In this document: one piece after another, positions 62,226 to 64,000 of the stretch
Position numbering within the stretch: the stretch's first letter is position 1
How the letters are laid out: each line of letters opens with the position of its first letter
Assembly (NCBI GenBank): GCA_046758325.1
Contig: JBHHZZ010000002.1
Coordinates: 14,990 to 78,989 of the forward strand
Length of the DNA: 64,000 nt
Direction of reading: 5' to 3'
Source: Thermoplasmata archaeon
Lineage (GTDB): Archaea > Thermoplasmatota > Thermoplasmata > RBG-16-68-12 > JAJISG01
Notes under the pieces: generated by a model
Seen by the model: the letters and a program-made list of their open reading frames with translations, nothing else
The model's database searches: none
What the model was told of the DNA's origin: nothing
Program-made: the position numbers and the translations under genes

Positions 62226-62819
62226 TTGGCCCAGGCACAGAAGAGTTTGCGGACAGACCTGAAGGCCGCCCTCAAGGAGTGGGCTGTGACCATCAGGGCC
62301 CTCGAACAGGGTGACCAGATACTGCTGTTGAGGAAGGGCGGCATCGCAGAGAAGGGTCGGCGTTTTGAGCCACTGCACGAGGACTTCTTGCTCTTTCCAA
62401 CCTTCGAGCACCAACACCAGGAGTCCCTGAGGACGGAGTTTCACCCTCTGTTGGCGGAGACCCTCCAATACCCCCGGAAAGACGCCAAGGTACCCATCTC
62501 CTCATGGGCCCACGTGGAGCGGGGGCTTCCGGTGAAAGCGATAGAGCCCGTCCTCGACCTGTCGAAAGAGTACATATGGTCCGAGACCGAGGTAAAGCGG
62601 CGGTACGACTGGAAGCCTGAGAGACCCCTCTACCTCCTCTTCTTGAGGGTCCGCCGTCTTCCGGAAACCCGAGAGGTGGATCTCCGCAAGCAGTATGGAG
62701 GTTGCAGATCCTGGGTCGAGCTCACTGAGACGGTTTCGACAGAGGGTGGCCACCCTGTCCTGGACGACGAGGCCTTTGCCTCGAGGATGAGGATGATCGA
62801 GGAGCGGATAGGAGGCTAG
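62226..62819 (+). CDS. DUF1802 family protein
   Basis: ALKEWAV...G.Q.LLLRKGGI.E, FLLFPTFEHQ, YGGCRSWV. Confidence 0.85.
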   Translation: MAQAQKSLRTDLKAALKEWAVTIRALEQGDQILLLRKGGIAEKGRRFEPLHEDFLLFPTFEHQHQESLRTEFHPLLAETLQYPRKDAKVPISSWAHVERGLPVKAIEPVLDLSKEYIWSETEVKRRYDWKPERPLYLLFLRVRRLPETREVDLRKQYGGCRSWVELTETVSTEGGHPVLDDEAFASRMRMIEERIGG

Positions 62820-62822
62820 GAC

Positions 62823-63821
62823 GTGGAGTACAGGAGGCTGGGTCACGATGGCCCAGAGGTATCCGTCATAGGCTTCGGAGTTTGGACCGTCAGCGCTGGC
62901 TGGTGGGGAGAGGTCAGTGAGGAGATGGGCGTGAAGCTGCTGCGAGAGGCCTACGATCTAGGGATCAACTTCTATGACACAGCCGACACCTACGGCAACG
63001 GCAAGGGGGAGACCATCCTAGCCAAGGCGATGGGACGCGAGAGAGACGACATCGTAATCGCAACCAAGTTTGGCTATGACATCTACAACTCGACTCAACC
63101 GGAAGGTCATCAGGAGAGGCCCCAGAGGTTTGAGCCGGAATTCATACGATATGCCCTTGAGAGGAGCCTCGAACGACTCGGGACGGATTACGTGGACCTC
63201 TATCAGTTCCACAATCCCAAGCTCGAGGCCATCAACAACGATGGGGTCTTTGAAACCCTGGATGAGCTGAAGAAGGAGGGGAAGATAGGAGCTTACGGGG
63301 TGGCCCTGGGTCCAGCCATTGGCTGGTTCGCCCAAGGAGAGGCATCGATGAGGATGAGGAAGGTGGCCACCCTTCAGACAGTATACAACCTCCTGGAGCA
63401 GGAGCCGGGTTGCGACTTCTTCCCTATCGCTCGGGAGACAGGTACTGGCATCCTTGTACGGGTTCCCCACTGCACTGGCCTGCTGGAGGGACGCTACACT
63501 GAGGATACCACCTTCCCCGAGGGCGATCACAGGCGCTTCAGGCCCAAGGAGTGGTTGGAGAACGGGCTCATTCAGGTGAAGATGCTCCGGTTCCTGGAGA
63601 GAAGCGACAGGACCCTGGGTCAGGCCGCCCTCAAGTTCATCCTTGCGGAGGAGACCGTTTCCTCCGTCCTCCCGAACATCTACGACCTCGATCAGCTGAA
63701 GGAGTTTGCGAGAGCTGCTGAATGTCCAGATCTCACGACCGCGGAGACAGCCCTCATCCGGGAACTCTATGAAAACGACTTCTACATCCCAACCGCCTAC
63801 AAGGAAGAGCTGAAGGGCTGA
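62823..63821 (+). CDS. Aldo/keto reductase
   Basis: YDTADTYGNG..E, IATKFG, LERLGTDYVDLYQFH. Confidence 0.95.
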   Translation: MEYRRLGHDGPEVSVIGFGVWTVSAGWWGEVSEEMGVKLLREAYDLGINFYDTADTYGNGKGETILAKAMGRERDDIVIATKFGYDIYNSTQPEGHQERPQRFEPEFIRYALERSLERLGTDYVDLYQFHNPKLEAINNDGVFETLDELKKEGKIGAYGVALGPAIGWFAQGEASMRMRKVATLQTVYNLLEQEPGCDFFPIARETGTGILVRVPHCTGLLEGRYTEDTTFPEGDHRRFRPKEWLENGLIQVKMLRFLERSDRTLGQAALKFILAEETVSSVLPNIYDLDQLKEFARAAECPDLTTAETALIRELYENDFYIPTAYKEELKG

Positions 63822-63926
63822 TGGTTCTGACCCTCGTCCTTCGATAGGTCGCCAGGCCCGGACTGGACCCTGCGTTGCGGCCGGGGATTCGACAGCTGCG
63901 ATAGACCGAGGCGTCACTTCGCAGAA

Positions 63927-63998
63927 TCAGAAAAGGCCGCACCGAATGCATATCCCTGATCCCTTGCAGGAGGGACAGCTGCTACGGACCCTGAAAGC
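63927..63998 (-). CDS. 3' end of a gene with a C-terminal CxxCxGxG-type zinc finger (partial)
   Basis: Minus frame reads AFRVRSSCPSCKGSGICIRCGLF*. Confidence 0.45.
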   Translation of the reverse strand, partial: AFRVRSSCPSCKGSGICIRCGLF

Positions 63999-64000
63999 GG

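Noticed and set aside
63870-63900. tRNA-like T-loop (minus strand GTCGAATCCCCGG)
   Set aside because: No pairing T-stem, acceptor stem or anticodon arm
1-64000. CRISPR arrays, intact transposases/integrases, rRNA/tRNA, inteins, Sec/Pyl read-through
   Set aside because: No regularly spaced repeats, DDE/tyrosine-recombinase ORFs, RNA gene signatures or in-frame stops inside conserved genes were seen

Overview
GC-rich archaeal chromosomal window (rps19e/PDCD5 gene order, BRE-TATA promoters, KaiC/DUF835 genes; probably Thermoplasmata, by inference). It is densely coding, and I found no tRNA/rRNA, CRISPR or intact mobile element. From left to right: (1) ribosomal/UbiX/TrmB/GGR genes and an isoprenoid-quinone cluster (long-chain prenyl synthase, MenG-like methyltransferase, GGR-like reductase); (2) a KaiC-like ATPase and an orphan class I terpene-synthase-like gene, divergent from a 7TM-DUF835 receptor-like gene; (3) a beta-oxidation cluster with an AMACR-like CaiB protein and a stand-alone SCP2, followed by glcDEF; (4) a complex I-like operon (A,C,D,H,J1,J2,K,L,M,M,N) with two NuoM subunits and a 26-aa duplication in the NuoL helix, but without NuoB and NuoI, whose slots hold tiny translationally coupled ORFs; (5) tatC fused to a large external domain, tatA and a divergent FAD-oxidase pair; (6) a b6f-like Rieske/split cytochrome b operon in which subunit IV is fused to an HdrC-like 2x[4Fe-4S] domain, followed by a CCG-domain (HdrD/GlcF-like) protein and a ferredoxin, with a tandem blue-copper protein in place of cytochrome c1/f; (7) the siroheme/Ahb heme pathway. 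The best candidates for undescribed systems are the Rieske/cyt b-Hdr-like hybrid, the terpene-synthase-like/7TM-DUF835/KaiC module and the B/I-less 2M complex I. All family assignments come from motif recognition; no database searches were run.
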